DNA of 64,000 nucleotides from Raja brachyura (Eukaryota): NCBI GenBank assembly GCA_963514005.1, contig OY740813.1, positions 11,470,001 to 11,534,000 on the forward strand, in the 5' to 3' direction. This document shows, piece by piece, positions 23,021 to 35,984 of this stretch; positions within the stretch are counted from its first letter, which is position 1, and each line of letters opens with the position of its first letter. The notes beneath the pieces were generated by a model. The model did no database searches. It was not told where the DNA came from and was given only the letters and a program-made list of their open reading frames with translations. The position numbers and the translations under genes are program-made.

Positions 23021-23654
23021 TGTGCTTAGTATGCAATGACAGGTGAAGGTTCTTACTGTCCTGTATTAGAATTTTAACAGCAATTAGATCCATCTACTTT
23101 TGGCATTCCCCAATGCCCATAGTAGAAACATCAATATAGCAAGCAACGTATCTGTCCTCCTTATTTTTAACATTAAATGGTATGCCCAGCCTTAAGAAAT
23201 TTACCAGGAGGATACAACAGACTTTATATTGCAGAGGGACAATGCAGCAGATGTAGTTCAAAAAGACAAGATTTAAAGTTGTAAAATTATAACAGGTTTT
23301 GATGCAGTGAATAAAATAAAAGTATTTCCACCAGGAAATGCGTCAATAACTTGAAGAGCAGGATTTACGGTAACTATCAAAAGTTTTTTTGTTTTTGGTT
23401 AAAAATTACAAGTTCTGATTTGGAATTCATTGACTAAAGAGCAGGAAATCAAATTGAATATTAATTTACAAAAGGGAACCAGATAAATAACTGAAATAAA
23501 TTGCAAGACAATGGATAAAGTGCACTAGCCAAAGACAGGAGGATGATCCCACATTTTCTGTTTTAATCTCAAATTACAAACACCTACAGTTTCTTGTTTT
23601 CTGGGAAAAGGCTATTTTTCATTTCAAAAATGTACCACGTAAGGCCAAACATAC

Positions 23655-23735
23655 ATGTCAGCATCCTCGTCACGTCTATTGGTCTCCACTGAAAATGATG
23701 TGCCCAAGTTCAAGTCTGTCTCTTCCTCCTCTACC
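23655..23735 (-). CDS. C9orf78: C9orf78 exon 5
   Basis: VEEEETDLNLGTSFSVETNRRDEDADM. Confidence 0.93.
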
Positions 23736-24049
23736 CTGGAAAAGGGAAAATAAATGGTCAGTTTCTAGGAACCAAATACATTGGGACTGTAGGAAAAGGG
23801 TCAGTTGCACAATTACTTCCCAAACAGATTAATCGATATTCTGCTTCAATGGCACTTCTGGGCTCCATTGGCACAATAGCAAGATTGGAGAGTTTATAAT
23901 GATCATCACAATGCCTGCAACTGATACCAAGGGCTGATAGCTTGCATTTCATTCTTAAAACTTTCTCAAAGTTGCAGAAAATAGGCCAAGTGCTTTCAGA
24001 CAGGTTAAAGGCAGGAAGGTAGCTATAAGGACATGTTGGACAATCTTGG

Positions 24050-24420
24050 ATTATTTTCTCTGGAGTGACCTGATATGGTAGACCCGATAGAGGTTATAAA
24101 AAATTATGGGAGGGCTAGACAAGATAGATGGAACCCTTTTCCCGCCAGGGTGAAAATGTCAAAGACTAGGGGGCATAGGTTTAAGGTGAATGGAGCAGAA
24201 GTTAAGAGAGATGTGCAGGGCAAGTTGTTTTTACCCATATTCGTGGGTGCCTGGAATGTACTGCCAGGGTTGTGGTGCAGGTAGATACAATAATAGTATT
24301 TAAGAGGCTTTTGGACAGACACATGGATATGCAGGGTATGGCAAGATATGGATCACATGTCGGCAAGAGAGATCACTTTAACTTGGTGTCATGTTCGACC
24401 TGTCCCATGCGGTACCGTTT
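24050..24420 (+). mobile_element. Old CR1 3' fragment; similar fragments near 25630, 30580, 34370, 36890, 39380, 44370, 50680, 60295 and 61470
   Basis: TRGHRFKV...WNVLP-like remnants and CR1-type tail. Confidence 0.7.
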
Positions 24421-25222
24421 TATGAATGGAGGTACAAGGAGAGATGTGGTGGGGAAGGGGTAGGAGGGAAAAGAGGCGTCAAGTCTAAATTATACTAAGT
24501 ATAATTGCCAGGTGGCACAGGAGGCATGAGTTGTGCTTCACTGCCTTCTGCCCTTCACATTACAGTAAATTCCGAATATTCAGCACCTTCGACACTGTGG
24601 TGCAAAACTGGCACATGTTTTGGATGGTTGGGTATTTCTCCTATTCTCCTACATCAACATTTCTCTAATTCACCTTCATTACAAGAAAATGGGTGCCGCT
24701 GTAAAATGATAATTTTTCTAATGAGCGGGCAAGTTTGAATGGAGTGTGGAAAATGGGACCCTGGCCAGTATAAAGGGTGTACAGCAAACCTAATAGGAGA
24801 GCCAAATACTAGGCTATAATAATTTCCAAACATGGTGATAGCAGACTATAGGAGTTTTAGTCCATGGAGTTCATTTCTTTTTCAGACACAGCTTAAATGA
24901 ACAAAACTGTGTTATGTACTTTGCATTTTTTTGTCATTTGGGTGAATGAATGGAAAATAAAAATAGTAAAGCTACATATTCTTTTATACCACAGAAACAG
25001 CATAAGTCCACCTACATAACCATACTGGTGGGTATGACAAAGCATATAGTTACACAATTGCTATTTATTCTAAAAGCTGCAACAGGCTTTATTTGGGCCT
25101 CAAGTATAGCTTTATTTAAAAACACCATGTCAAAGCTGTACGGACTAAAAGGCTGACTGCTGGGCTACATTATTGTGTGCAATAATGAAATGAACAAATA
25201 AATGGTATTTCCAATTCCTCAC

Positions 25223-25293
25223 TTTTCTCGCTTTCGGTCCTTCAAGATCTTCATATCAATCATACCTCCCGTCTTCAGTTTAAAGGGGTCATC
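25223..25293 (-). CDS. C9orf78: C9orf78 exon 4
   Basis: DDPFKLKTGGMIDMKILKDRKREK. Confidence 0.93.
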
Positions 25294-26269
25294 CTATCCA
25301 AAAGGAAAAAAAATGGTGCAAAACAGATGCTAAACAAAAATATTCTCTTGCAAGTTCTCTCCCCCCCCCCCCCCCCCCCCCCAGTATAGAAATCAGGTAA
25401 AGCAGTCAGGTTAACATCCCAGCTCAGTGACAAATTATAACAATCTCAGTGAATTCACTGTTTGCTTTTATACACATTAGTCATGTAAACAGTCATCTGT
25501 GCTGTACAAGAGGGTGACAGTGGTGCCAAGAAAGATCCGGAGGGAAAATGTAAACATTGATGAAAATTCATGTTCCGAGTAGAATTCTGATGGAAGAAAC
25601 CTATACAACATTTATTTGCTACACTTTAGAGTCAGTCACACTGCATGGGAACAGGCCCTTTAGCCCAAATTGTCCATGCCAACCAAAATGCCCCATCTAC
25701 GCAAGTCTCACCTGATCACATGCGATCCATATCCCTCTAAATCTTTCCTATTTTTGTACCTGTCCAAGGCATCCAGGCAGTTGGTGGACTAACTCATGAG
25801 CAACTATTAAATTTCAGGTGGACCTATTGCCAGGTGTACATACAAGTGTGGCAATGTATTTACTAATAAGGAAGTATAACAGTGGATGAAGTCCTGATGC
25901 ATCTGCCCTTGGCCAGTTACTCTGGCACACAAATGTATTAATGAGCACCAAGACCCTTTATGCTATTTCACCTGCAATTACAGTCCACAAGTTATTACCT
26001 GGAATAAAATTTACACGATAATGACAGAAGATGATTGGTGGATTTAGATGAATCTGTCAAAGAGCTGGAAAAGGACAATCGAATGAATGCCTGACTGTTG
26101 TGCTCTCTGGTTATATAACAGTGATAACTGTGACACCGCATCTTTGGTAACATTGACTAAACTGCATTAATCTCCAGGGCTTATACTTTATATTTTGCCT
26201 CGTGTTCTAAATAAACAGACCCTTCTCTATATAGCTGCACTGACATTGACAAACAACGTAACAACTTAC

Positions 26270-26321
26270 CACATTTGAAGTTTCTTCCGGTGTTTGTTCC
26301 CCAACCAGCAGGGCGGCAGCA
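26270..26321 (-). CDS. C9orf78: C9orf78 exon 3
   Basis: (S)AAALLVGEQTPEETSNV; cacag acceptor, gtaagt donor. Confidence 0.9.
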
Positions 26322-27202
26322 CTGTGAAAGGCAGAGAAAGAGTTGACTTAAGGCAAGCTGGCATTTTACAAAATCTGGCATCAATCAGACACAGGAATTA
26401 TAGGTGACCAAGAACTTGGTCAAAGAGATCAACTTAAAGGAATAGCGAGAGAGAGACAAATGTTCCAAATCTGAAGAAGGGTGTTGGCCCGAAACATTGC
26501 CTATCCCCTTCGCTCCATAGATGCTGCTGCACCCGCTGAGTTTCTCCAGCAATTTGTGTTCCCTTAATTTTGTAACATTTGCTTTAAAGATCATATCTTT
26601 TTTTATGAATGGCTTGAAAATTGTATTTTATTAAATGCACAGGCTTTATACTTGGGAGACAAAGGAAGTGTAGATGTTAACATTTTGAGCAAAGCACAAA
26701 GGGGGGGTTTGAGGAATTCCACCAGACATGCAGCATCTGCAAAGGGAGTGGACAGATGACGTTTCGGGTTGGGTCCTTTCTTCAGATCAAGTCTTTAAAC
26801 TTGGAATATGTGCTTTACATGTATACTCATTGATCCATTGGCCTCACCTCCTTGTAGAAAGTTCCTCCGCCTTCAAACCGCATAGGCCCACTTTGCCAAG
26901 GTTTAGCAAACAGTTAAAATGGAGTCATTTATTCTGGAGTTCTTTATTATTTGTGATTTTTAATATTTCAAATGTAATCATACTACAGTCACTAACATTT
27001 AAAACCTCACTCACCTTTGGGTACCATGCCAAATAGGAACTGTGTTAGTAGATACAACTAGCTGACGCAGCTCCTCCTAAATCCATTTTCACTGCCTCCA
27101 CCAAATAAAATTATTTATTTGTAAACCAGGCATGTAATTTGGTGCACACACCTTGTATGTAATACTCACACGCTCTTTTCACACCACGTGAATTGTACCT
27201 AC

Positions 27203-27262
27203 CTCACACCATTTTGTCTCTTCCTTAAACTCTGAATTTCCTTCAGTTCGTCTAGTTTTGAC
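27203..27262 (-). CDS. C9orf78: C9orf78 exon 2
   Basis: (R)SKLDELKEIQSLRKRQNGV(S). Confidence 0.92.
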
Positions 27263-28579
27263 CTAGGAAACAAGAAGATTTACAAATACTGATTTGGAAC
27301 ACTGTTTTGTTATAAATAAAAACATCAAGATCTGTACAAAATGTTTTGAAAGCATAACTATATAGATTGCATGTCAATCAGAATCATTGACTGAGGCTCC
27401 ATGTCTCCATCAAACTTGAGAAAGCGAAGAAAATAAATATAACTGATCAAAACGTGACCTGTTATAACAATGCCCAAAGCTAATTTACTACAAAGCAGTA
27501 GAGATCAGTAACCCGGCAACATTGACCGATTGACCACACAACTGTGTGTCATGCACAACAACATCTTATATTTAGATACAAGGAACTACAAATGCTAGTT
27601 GACAAAAAAAAAGTGATGGAGGAACTCAGCGGCTCACGCGGCATCCGTGGGGGAAATGGATAGCCGGTGGTTCCATTCAGGACCCTTCTTCCGACTTGTA
27701 TTTACAGCTGAATGATAGGATTACTAAATTTATGGAACAAAAGGCCAGAATCAGAGAAATGCTAATAACTGAAAAGGTTGTGGAAAAGTGCAGACATGTG
27801 GGGATCTAAATACATGGCAAGAGTTGTAAAAACCAAGAGCCAATGTTAGTCAGCAAAAATAGAGGTGATGGACAAATAGAATTTGGTACAAATTAAGACA
27901 TGGTCAGCAGATTTATGGATGACTTCATGTTTACAGAGAATAGAATGAAAGAGATAGAAGGGAAATGCACTGGGATTCTCAAATGTAGAGGGAAGGTAGG
28001 TTTTACAACATAAACTGAAGCAGAAGCAGTCTGCGCAAAGTCAAAGATAATATAATCTGTCTAATCGAGGGAAACATGCAGTCCCAACTTCATTCCGAGG
28101 TCATTAATAACAATGCCTCTGTAAATAGCCTAGCTTGTGCATATACGTTTTCTAGGAAACCGATGGGGATTTCAATTTGTGATTGGAAAAGATAGTTTCA
28201 AACACAACATAACCAATTTCAGTATCTCAATGTTCACTTTCTGGTTTGAAGAAGGCTCTTGACCTGAAATATCACATCCATTATTTCCACAGACATTACC
28301 TGACTTGCTAAGTTACTCGAGTAGTGTTTTACTCAATATTTCAGCATCTGCAGTTCCTTGTATCTTCATTTTCTCTATGCAAACTTGATGTGTCAGTCAA
28401 TTAATGAGAGAATATGCCTACATGCTTCCCATATCTAAATAACCATTAAACAGACAGGATTATCATCATAAAGGACATATTACAGGAAAAGTAGTAACTT
28501 TTCCCAATTTCTCCAAGCTGAAAGATATTTTGATGATGAAGACTGGATGAAGTATAGGGCAGTTAAATTTAAATCAATG

Positions 28580-28935
28580 AGCAGGAGGAACTCAGCGGGG
28601 CAGGCAGCATCTGTGGAGGACAGCTTACAACCCAGTAGTATGAATATGGATTTCTCTAACTTCAAGTAACCCTTGCAACACTCTCTCTCTCTCCGTCCCT
28701 CCGCGACCCAAGTCGTGTACTAGCTTCAGGGTCATCTTTTTTAGTCTCATTGTATATCTTTCATTCGTTTGTTCTACAGCTGTCTATATCACCATCTATT
28801 ATATATCTAGTTCCCCATTCCCCTGACTCTCAGTCTGAAGTGGCCGCCTGACCCGCTGAGTTACTCCAGATTTTTGTGTCAATCTGTGTGGGGAATGGAC
28901 AAACGATGTTTTGGGTCGCGACCCTTCTTCAAATC
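28580..28935. mobile_element. Rearranged Penelope 3'/pseudo-LTR composite in C9orf78 intron 1
   Basis: Sense and antisense pieces of the gatgctgcctg...gctgagttactccag pseudo-LTR. Confidence 0.65.
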
Positions 28936-29050
28936 AAGGCCTATTTTAGATGTCGAGAAGTTGTAGGGAGCCTGCCTGCATTAATCTGTGGTTCCGCCAA
29001 ATCCCGGCCTGGGCTGTTTTCCTGTTGACCAGCGGGGCATCTGCTCCTAC

Positions 29051-29130
29051 CTGACCTCCACCACCCTCTGCTCATCTTCTTCGTCCGACTCCTCCTCTCG
29101 CCTCTTCCTGTAACTTTTCCCCGCCGGCAT
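29051..29130 (-). CDS. C9orf78: C9orf78 exon 1, coding part; the nine exons total 870 nt (289 aa + stop)
   Basis: MPAGKSYRKRREEESDEEDEQRVVEV; gtagga donor; all phases join. Confidence 0.92.
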
Positions 29131-29169
29131 TCCTCCTGCGATTCTCACTCTTCACTTCAGTGACAACCG

Positions 29170-29300
29170 TCTTTCTACTGCGAGCTACGTTGCGCATTAA
29201 CAACGGGGAGGAAGGTTCTGGCAGACGGACATGTCCGGTCTGCTCAAGTACTTCCGCTTGTTGGGACTACATTACCCACTAGGCACTGGGCGTGACGTTC
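29170..29300 (-). promoter_or_regulatory. Probable C9orf78 promoter
   Basis: CpG-enriched; ETS/GABP-like acttccg at 29250-29256; ZNF143/THAP11-type GGACTACATTACCCA at 29264-29278. Confidence 0.6.
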
Positions 29301-29314
29301 CCAGGAGTCTTTGC

Positions 29315-30340
29315 TCAAGATTCAAGAGAGTTTATTGTCATGTGTCCCAGATAGGACAATTAAATTCTTGCTTTGCTTCAGCACAACAGAAAAAAGTAGG
29401 CATAAATAAATCCAGAACAAAACTGGTCAGTGTGACCATGTACCAATGAATATATATATATACACACATAAATAAACAGATAAAGTGCAATAGGCTATTA
29501 ATGATCAGAGTTTTGTTTGAGTTGCGTTTAATAGCCTGATGGCTGTGGGGAAGCAGGTATTCCTGAACCTGGATGTTGCAGATTTCAGGCTCCTGTACCT
29601 TCTACCTGAAGGCAGCGGGGAGATGAGTGAGTGGCCAGGATGTTGTGGGTCCTTGATGATGCTGGCAGTCTTTTTAAGGCAGCGACTGCGATAGATCCCC
29701 TTGTGAGGGATAAAGTGATTAAACCCCACTATTGTAAGGATTCAGGAGAGGATTCTAACTTGTAAACAGGATTCTAACCGATAGAGGCCAGGGAGAGGAT
29801 ACTGACATAGCTGTGGATGAAGTTACCAGAAATGAATGAGGATGGATGGCATGGTATAGCGGTAGAAGGAGGGTGATGGATGGGGCCCTTGTCAGTAGGG
29901 ACTAGGGATGAATGGAACCCTTGTCAGTAGAGACTAGCTTTAGTTCAGATATAAAAAAACTGAGACAGGTCAGTTGGAGGTGAGAAAATTAGGCCAGGTC
30001 AATTGCAACTGGGCATGCTTAATGAAATAAATGAATATTACACACCCCTAGTCAAGAAATTGCTCATTACCATGAACATGCTATGTATGATGTGGGAGGT
30101 ACTGGGGGATGTACCTATAGACTGTGCACCTCAGTGCTCTGATTGGGAAGAGCCAGAAGGGGAGGTTATAGATGTGTATAAAGGGGCTTTACTTTTCTGA
30201 CTTCGGTGTGTCTCAATTTGGAGAGGCACCCGATTCTGTAGATTCGCAAATAAAAAGCATCTCTTGTTTCCACGCTTTAGTCTCTGAGTAGTGATTGTGA
30301 GCACAAACTATATCTCACACCCTCGATGGTAGGAAGGTCA
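29315..30340 (-). mobile_element. Rex1/Babar-like LINE 3' end, interrupted by a solo LTR
   Basis: YRSRCLKKTASIIKDPQHPGH...PSGRRYRSL...RFRNTCFPTAIRLLN; tail at ~29315-29345. Confidence 0.8.
29702..30319 (+). mobile_element. Solo LTR (618 bp)
   Basis: TGTGAG...CTCACA inverted termini; 4-bp TSD ccct (29698-29701 and 30320-30323); TATAAA 30177-30182; AATAAA 30249-30254; internal ~32-bp tandem repeat near 29875-29940. Confidence 0.85.
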
Positions 30341-31134
30341 GAGATTATGGTTTAATTATAAGGTAAAGGACGTGTGGTGAGGAAAGATGTTTCACATCAA
30401 AGATCATAGAGTGGATCTTTGTTTCACATCTTCCTGAGGAACACATAGAGCGTTTTATAATCAAATACATTTTGAAACACACAGAGCAGAAAAGGGTGGT
30501 GGTGGAGGCAGTTTCCATAATGAAGTTTTAGATAGGCATATAAATATGCAAGGAATGGGGGGATATGGAAAATTCTCTTAATATTGTTTTTAAACATCAG
30601 ATGTTTGCACAGGAACAGGCCCCTTGGCCCACAATGTCCATGGAGAAAATGATGCAAGATAAACTAATCTCCACTGCCTGCATGTGATCCAACCACTCCA
30701 TTACTGATCACGGACATGCACGCAATAAACTGACAAGAGTCACTGACTTGCTCAGTTTGGTAAAGAATTGCATCAAATCATAAATTCCTGGGAGGTAAGT
30801 AATGTGTGTGGACAGAGACCCATTTTTCTGGTTCTGCAAAGAAGCTATCTAGAAGCTTCAGTGTTTTACGGTCTGTGTAATTTCCATTGAAGCAGTAAAT
30901 TTGTCAACTTTTTTAAAAAAGACCCCTTGATTGCAGGTCAGGCTTTCAGTGTGCACGTTACCCAGCAGATGCCAGACATGACACGTGTGATTTTATTAAA
31001 TATCCATTTTAACCTGATGTTAGCCTGGAAACTCCACCCTGTGGTCTTATAGTGACAGTGCAAATACTCCCTCATTGCTATTCCAGTGTAAGCCCAGGTG
31101 CTCCTCAACACTGATATGTGAAGAGAAAGAGATT

Positions 31135-32495
31135 AGTCAGTTATTAAAGATGGGATAGCAGCACATTTGGAAAGTGGTGAAATCATTGGACAAAGTCAGC
31201 ATGGATTTACGAAAGGTAAATCATGTCTGACGAATCTTGTGGAATTTTTCGAGGATGTAACTAGTAGCGTGGATAGGGGAGAACCACTGGATGTGGTGTA
31301 TCTGGACTTCCAGAAGGCTTTCGACAAGGTCCCACACAAGAGATTAGTATATACACTTAAAGCATACGGCATTGGGGGTTCAGTATTGATGTGGATAGAG
31401 AACTGGCTGGCAAACAGGAAGCAAAGAGTAGGAGTAAACAGTCGTTTTCACAATGGCAGGCAGTGACTAGTGGGGTACCGCAAGGCTCAGTGCTGGGACC
31501 CCAGCTATTTACAATATACATTAATGATCTGGATGAGGGAATTGAAGGCAATATCTCCAAGTTTGCGGATGACACTAAGCTGGGGGGCAGTGTTAGCTGT
31601 GAGGAGGATGCTAGGAGACTGCAAGGTGACTTGGATAGGCTGGGTGAGTGGGCAAATGTTTGGCAGATGCAGTATAATGTGGATAAGTGTGAGGTTATCC
31701 ACTTTGGTGGCAAAAATAGGAAAGCAGACTATTATCTAAATGGTGGCCGGTTTAGGAAAAGGGGAGATGCAGCGCGACCTGGGTGTCATGGTACACCAGT
31801 CATTGAAAGTATGCACGCAGGTGCAGCAGGCAGTGAAGAAAGCGAATGGTATGTTAGCTTTCATAGCAAAAGGATTTGAGTATAGGAGCAGGGAGGTTCT
31901 ATTTCAGTTGTATAGGGTCTTGGTGAGACCACACCTGGAGTATTGCGTACAGTTCTGGTCTCCAAATCTGAGGAAGGACATTATTGCCATAGATGGAGTA
32001 CAGAGAAGGTTCACCAGACTGATTCCTGTCAGGACTGTCTTATGAACAAAGACTGCATAGACTCGGTTTATACTCTCTAGAATTTAGGAGATTGAGAGGG
32101 GATCTTATAGAAACTTACATAATTCTCAAGGGGTTGGACAGGCTAGATGCAGGAAGATTGTTCCCGATGTTGGGGAGGTCCAGGACAAGGGGTCACAGCT
32201 TAAGGATAAGGGGGAAATCCTTTAGGACCGAGATGAGAAGGACTTTTTTCACACAGAGTGGTGGGTCTCTGGAACTCTCTGCCACAGAGGGCAGTTGAGG
32301 CCAGTTCATTGGCTATATTTAAGAGGGAGTTAGATGTGGCCCTTGTGGCTAAGGGGATCAGAGGGTATGGAGAGAAGGCAGGTACGGGATACTGAGTTGG
32401 ATGATCAGCCATGATCATATTGAATGGCGGTGCAGGCTCGAAGGGCCGAATGGCGTACTCCTGCACCTAATTTCTATGTTTCTATGTTTCTATGT
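31135..32495 (+). mobile_element. Young 5'-truncated CR1 LINE, near-identical to 4696-5993
   Basis: Same RT motifs with several small indels; TTTCTATG-repeat tail. Confidence 0.95.
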
Positions 32496-33798
32496 CCAGA
32501 TCTCATTCCAAGCATTCGCTCAATATTATCCTGAGGTTAGCCTGGTTCATCCTTCAGCACAATCCTGATGCCAGCCGGGTGCTCTTTTACTACTGTCCCT
32601 CCAGTAGCTTAGCCATTCCAGTTCCATGTCAGTTCCATGTCAGTTTGTAACATGCTGGATAATCAGGCTTATACTTTATATGTACGAAGGAACTGCAGAT
32701 GCTGGTTTCAATCGAAGATAGACACAAAATGCTGGAGTAACTAAGAAGGGTCTCGAAACGTCACCCATTCCTTCTCTCCAGAGATGCTGCCAGTCCCGCT
32801 GAGTTATTCCAGCTTTTTGTGTCTATCCTAGGCTTTTACTTTACATTGATAAATGTACCAATTCACAAAGCGATCCCTGCAAAAGCACATTGTATGCTTG
32901 AGAACAGTGGCTTTGGTAGTCACCGTCCTGGACACCTTGGCGAATTGTGTCTTAAAATTTGTCAAACATTTGCAGCACTAATGAATATAAATAAATAAAT
33001 TCAAAAATACCATCATCCAAATAAATAACAGCAACCCTCTGAACCAGTTTGGATGCAACAACAGGATATATATAGTTATGTGTTGATTTGTTAAACCCTG
33101 TATCTGCAGAATCATCTTTCATTATTCATCTGGTCGGCTCCTTTTTTCTTGGGTAAATAATCCTGACAATGTTAGACAGCGGAAAGTAGAGCATTGATGA
33201 TAGGAATCTGTTTTGGATTGTGATCTCAATACATGTTATCTAGTTTCTCCTTTGGAATGTTTGTATTTGATATAGCTTCAATAAGTTCATAATAAGCCAC
33301 GCATTAAATGTCAGGTCTCAGTGCTGCAATGAAAATGGATACAATAGTTGTCTGATACTTTGCTTTTAAATTCAGATCAGGTTAGCTTTGTGGTTAATAT
33401 TCTGATGGCAATCTCATTTTAAATGAATATCAACACATCATCTATGAATATGTCTCGTATAATATAGCAGGTTACATGAGATAACACTTGGGCAGTGTAA
33501 ATCACAGACGTATTTAGCAGGTTTTGGTAATTTCACCACACTGTGCAATTCCACTAAAATAAGCATGAGAGTACCGTGTTGCAATTACAAAGTGGAAACA
33601 AACCATTGACTCCGTAATTAAATCTTTCAATGCACATCTGTGGAATTTTTTAACAAGTTAGCAACTCGTCTTTTTTCCAGTTCCTCTGTTGGCTTCTTGG
33701 TCCAAGTTCCAGGGGTGTGATTGATTGGGTTATTGGGGTTTGCTGCAGCCATAGCACTAAGAGTAACTGTGAGGGAACCCCAAACACTTGGAATTGGG

Positions 33799-34056
33799 GG
33801 TAGACAAAAATTCTGGAGAAACTCAGCGGGTGAGGCAGCATCTATGGAGCGAAGGAAATAGGCAACGTACCGTGGCCCTATCCTCGAACTCTACCTCCGC
33901 TACATCGACGACTGCATTGGTGCTACCTCCTGCACCCATACACAACTTATTGGCTTCATCCATTTCACCACTAACTTCCATCCGGCACTCAAATACACCT
34001 GGACCATTTCCGACATTTCCCTACCATTTCTTGACCTCACTATAACCTCACCGATT
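33799..34056. mobile_element. Penelope insertion: antisense pseudo-LTR piece joined to a sense RT fragment
   Basis: LELYLRYIDDCIGAT...FTTNFHPALKYTW on +; 13-bp direct repeats acttggaattggg at 33786-33798 and 34057-34069. Confidence 0.8.
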
Positions 34057-34104
34057 ACTTGGAATTGGGAACAGGAAGAGCATTGACCATAGGAGGGAAA
34101 AGGT

Positions 34105-34106
<2 letters not shown>

Positions 34107-34144
<38 letters not shown>
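34107..34144. repeat. (CT)n microsatellite
   Basis: Direct reading. Confidence 0.95.
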
Positions 34145-34146
<2 letters not shown>

Positions 34147-34672
34147 GTCTACATTCGCATAGTCTTCTTCACCACTCTTCACAGTATCATGCACTGTGAG
34201 CAGAATGTCTATATGTTGTTTTTATGAATTTTCACAAAGTGTCATGTAACAATCCTTAAAACCGTATACCACCACTATTTCCTTGATATTCCCACTCCTC
34301 ATCTTTGCCTTGCCAGGTTCTCACAGTAAACAAACTCTACCAGATACAGTCACAGAGCCTTTTAAAACACAGAACAGTGCGGCACAGGAACAGGCCCTTC
34401 GACCCACAATGTCCATGCCAAACATGATGCCAAGTTAAACTAATCCCATCTGCCTGCACATGATCTACATCACTCCATTTCCTGCACATCCATGTGCCAA
34501 CTCAAAATCCTCTTAGATGCCACTGTTGCATCTGTTTCCACCATAGCCCCTAGCAACGTGGTCCAGGCAGTCACCATTCTCCGCATATAACTTGCACCAC
34601 ACATTTCCTTTAAACTTTGCCTCTCTCATCTAAAAACTAATAACGCTTGTCTTCTGATTATAATGCTTTGAA

Positions 34673-35539
34673 TAGGTATGTTACAATACCTACCTTGAGC
34701 GGTGTTGCAGTTCTGCCACTCCCCATGTGCGTGACTTTGGCGCCTTTCAGAGGGGGGCGGGTTTAAAATGTCGTTTTTCCCTAGACAGTCCAAATCGATC
34801 AATCTCAGGCGATTTTGTTGCTAAAGAGAAATCGCTCCGACATTTCATTCATGAAGGTATTTTTAAACTACACTAGATCATTTATTAGCTAGAGTAGTTT
34901 AAAAATCATCTTCTAAAGCCGTGAACACCAACAGCGCAACGGACCTAACATAGGCGATAAAATAAGCAATACAGTTTATTTTTACATAAAAACGTGCTTC
35001 TTAGGAAGTCTTTAATCAAATTTTCATCATGCGAAAAGGGGGCAAAAAATATATACGAACCGGCTGTATTTTTTCTGCCGACTGGGGGTTAAATTCACCG
35101 CAAACCGCAACGTTCCAATCCACCGCGTTCCACTAAAACCCACTCGCAAGTTGATTTAAATGGCCGTTAATTTACAGGAATTAAACATTAAATTCCTTCC
35201 ATTTGGCCTATAAATTCATGAAAATTAAATTTAAAAATTATGTTATATTGTGGATTATTGTGTGAATGTTATTTGGACACTTAGGCAATTTAAAAATGTT
35301 TATCATTTCTTAAGAAATGGATAGATGTTTAGATCTAGTAATTGAATTTTGTAATTAGCTACAATTAGGTAACTAACTAATTATATGCTTTAATTTCAGT
35401 TTGAAAATGGCCATAACTTTTTTAATACTGAAGATATGAAAGTGAATTAGGTGTCAAATTAAACTTCTTTTTATGCTTTATCTGATGGGGTAAATTGCAG
35501 ACTTGATTTTTAAAATCTCAAAATTTTGTAACATTGCTA
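34673..35539 (+). mobile_element. Non-autonomous DNA transposon, hAT-like
   Basis: Imperfect terminal inverted repeats taggtatgttacaa / ttgtaacattgcta; flanking direct repeat ctttgaa(t) at 34666 and 35540 (7-8 bp). Confidence 0.75.
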
Positions 35540-35984
35540 CTTTGAATTCTCCCAGAGATGAAAACAGATCTCGTGTTCTTGCTATCCTACTCACCCTCCT
35601 CACACACCTTAATTATGTATTATGGTCTGTGGTTGCAGTAAGGACCTCAGGATTTTTAAATCTAATATTGGGGTTATTAATTGTAAAATTTAGTTATCGT
35701 ATATTAGCTGTGGATATGGTGTTTATAAGCCTGCAACTGCTGCTGCAGGTAAGAACTTAATTGTTCAGCTGTTGGTACATGAAATTCCTTCCCTTCTTTG
35801 CAATGGGAAATGCCTTATTTCGCACTTTTTTAATGTTCTGATAAAAGGTCATCGCTCTGAAACGTTACACGTCGTTTCTCTCTCCACAGATGCAACCCAG
35901 CCTGTTGAGTATTTACTGTTTTATCTCAGATTTCCTGCATCTGCGAGTTTGTTTTTTGCCGCTGGACTCCCATCCCGTCACACC

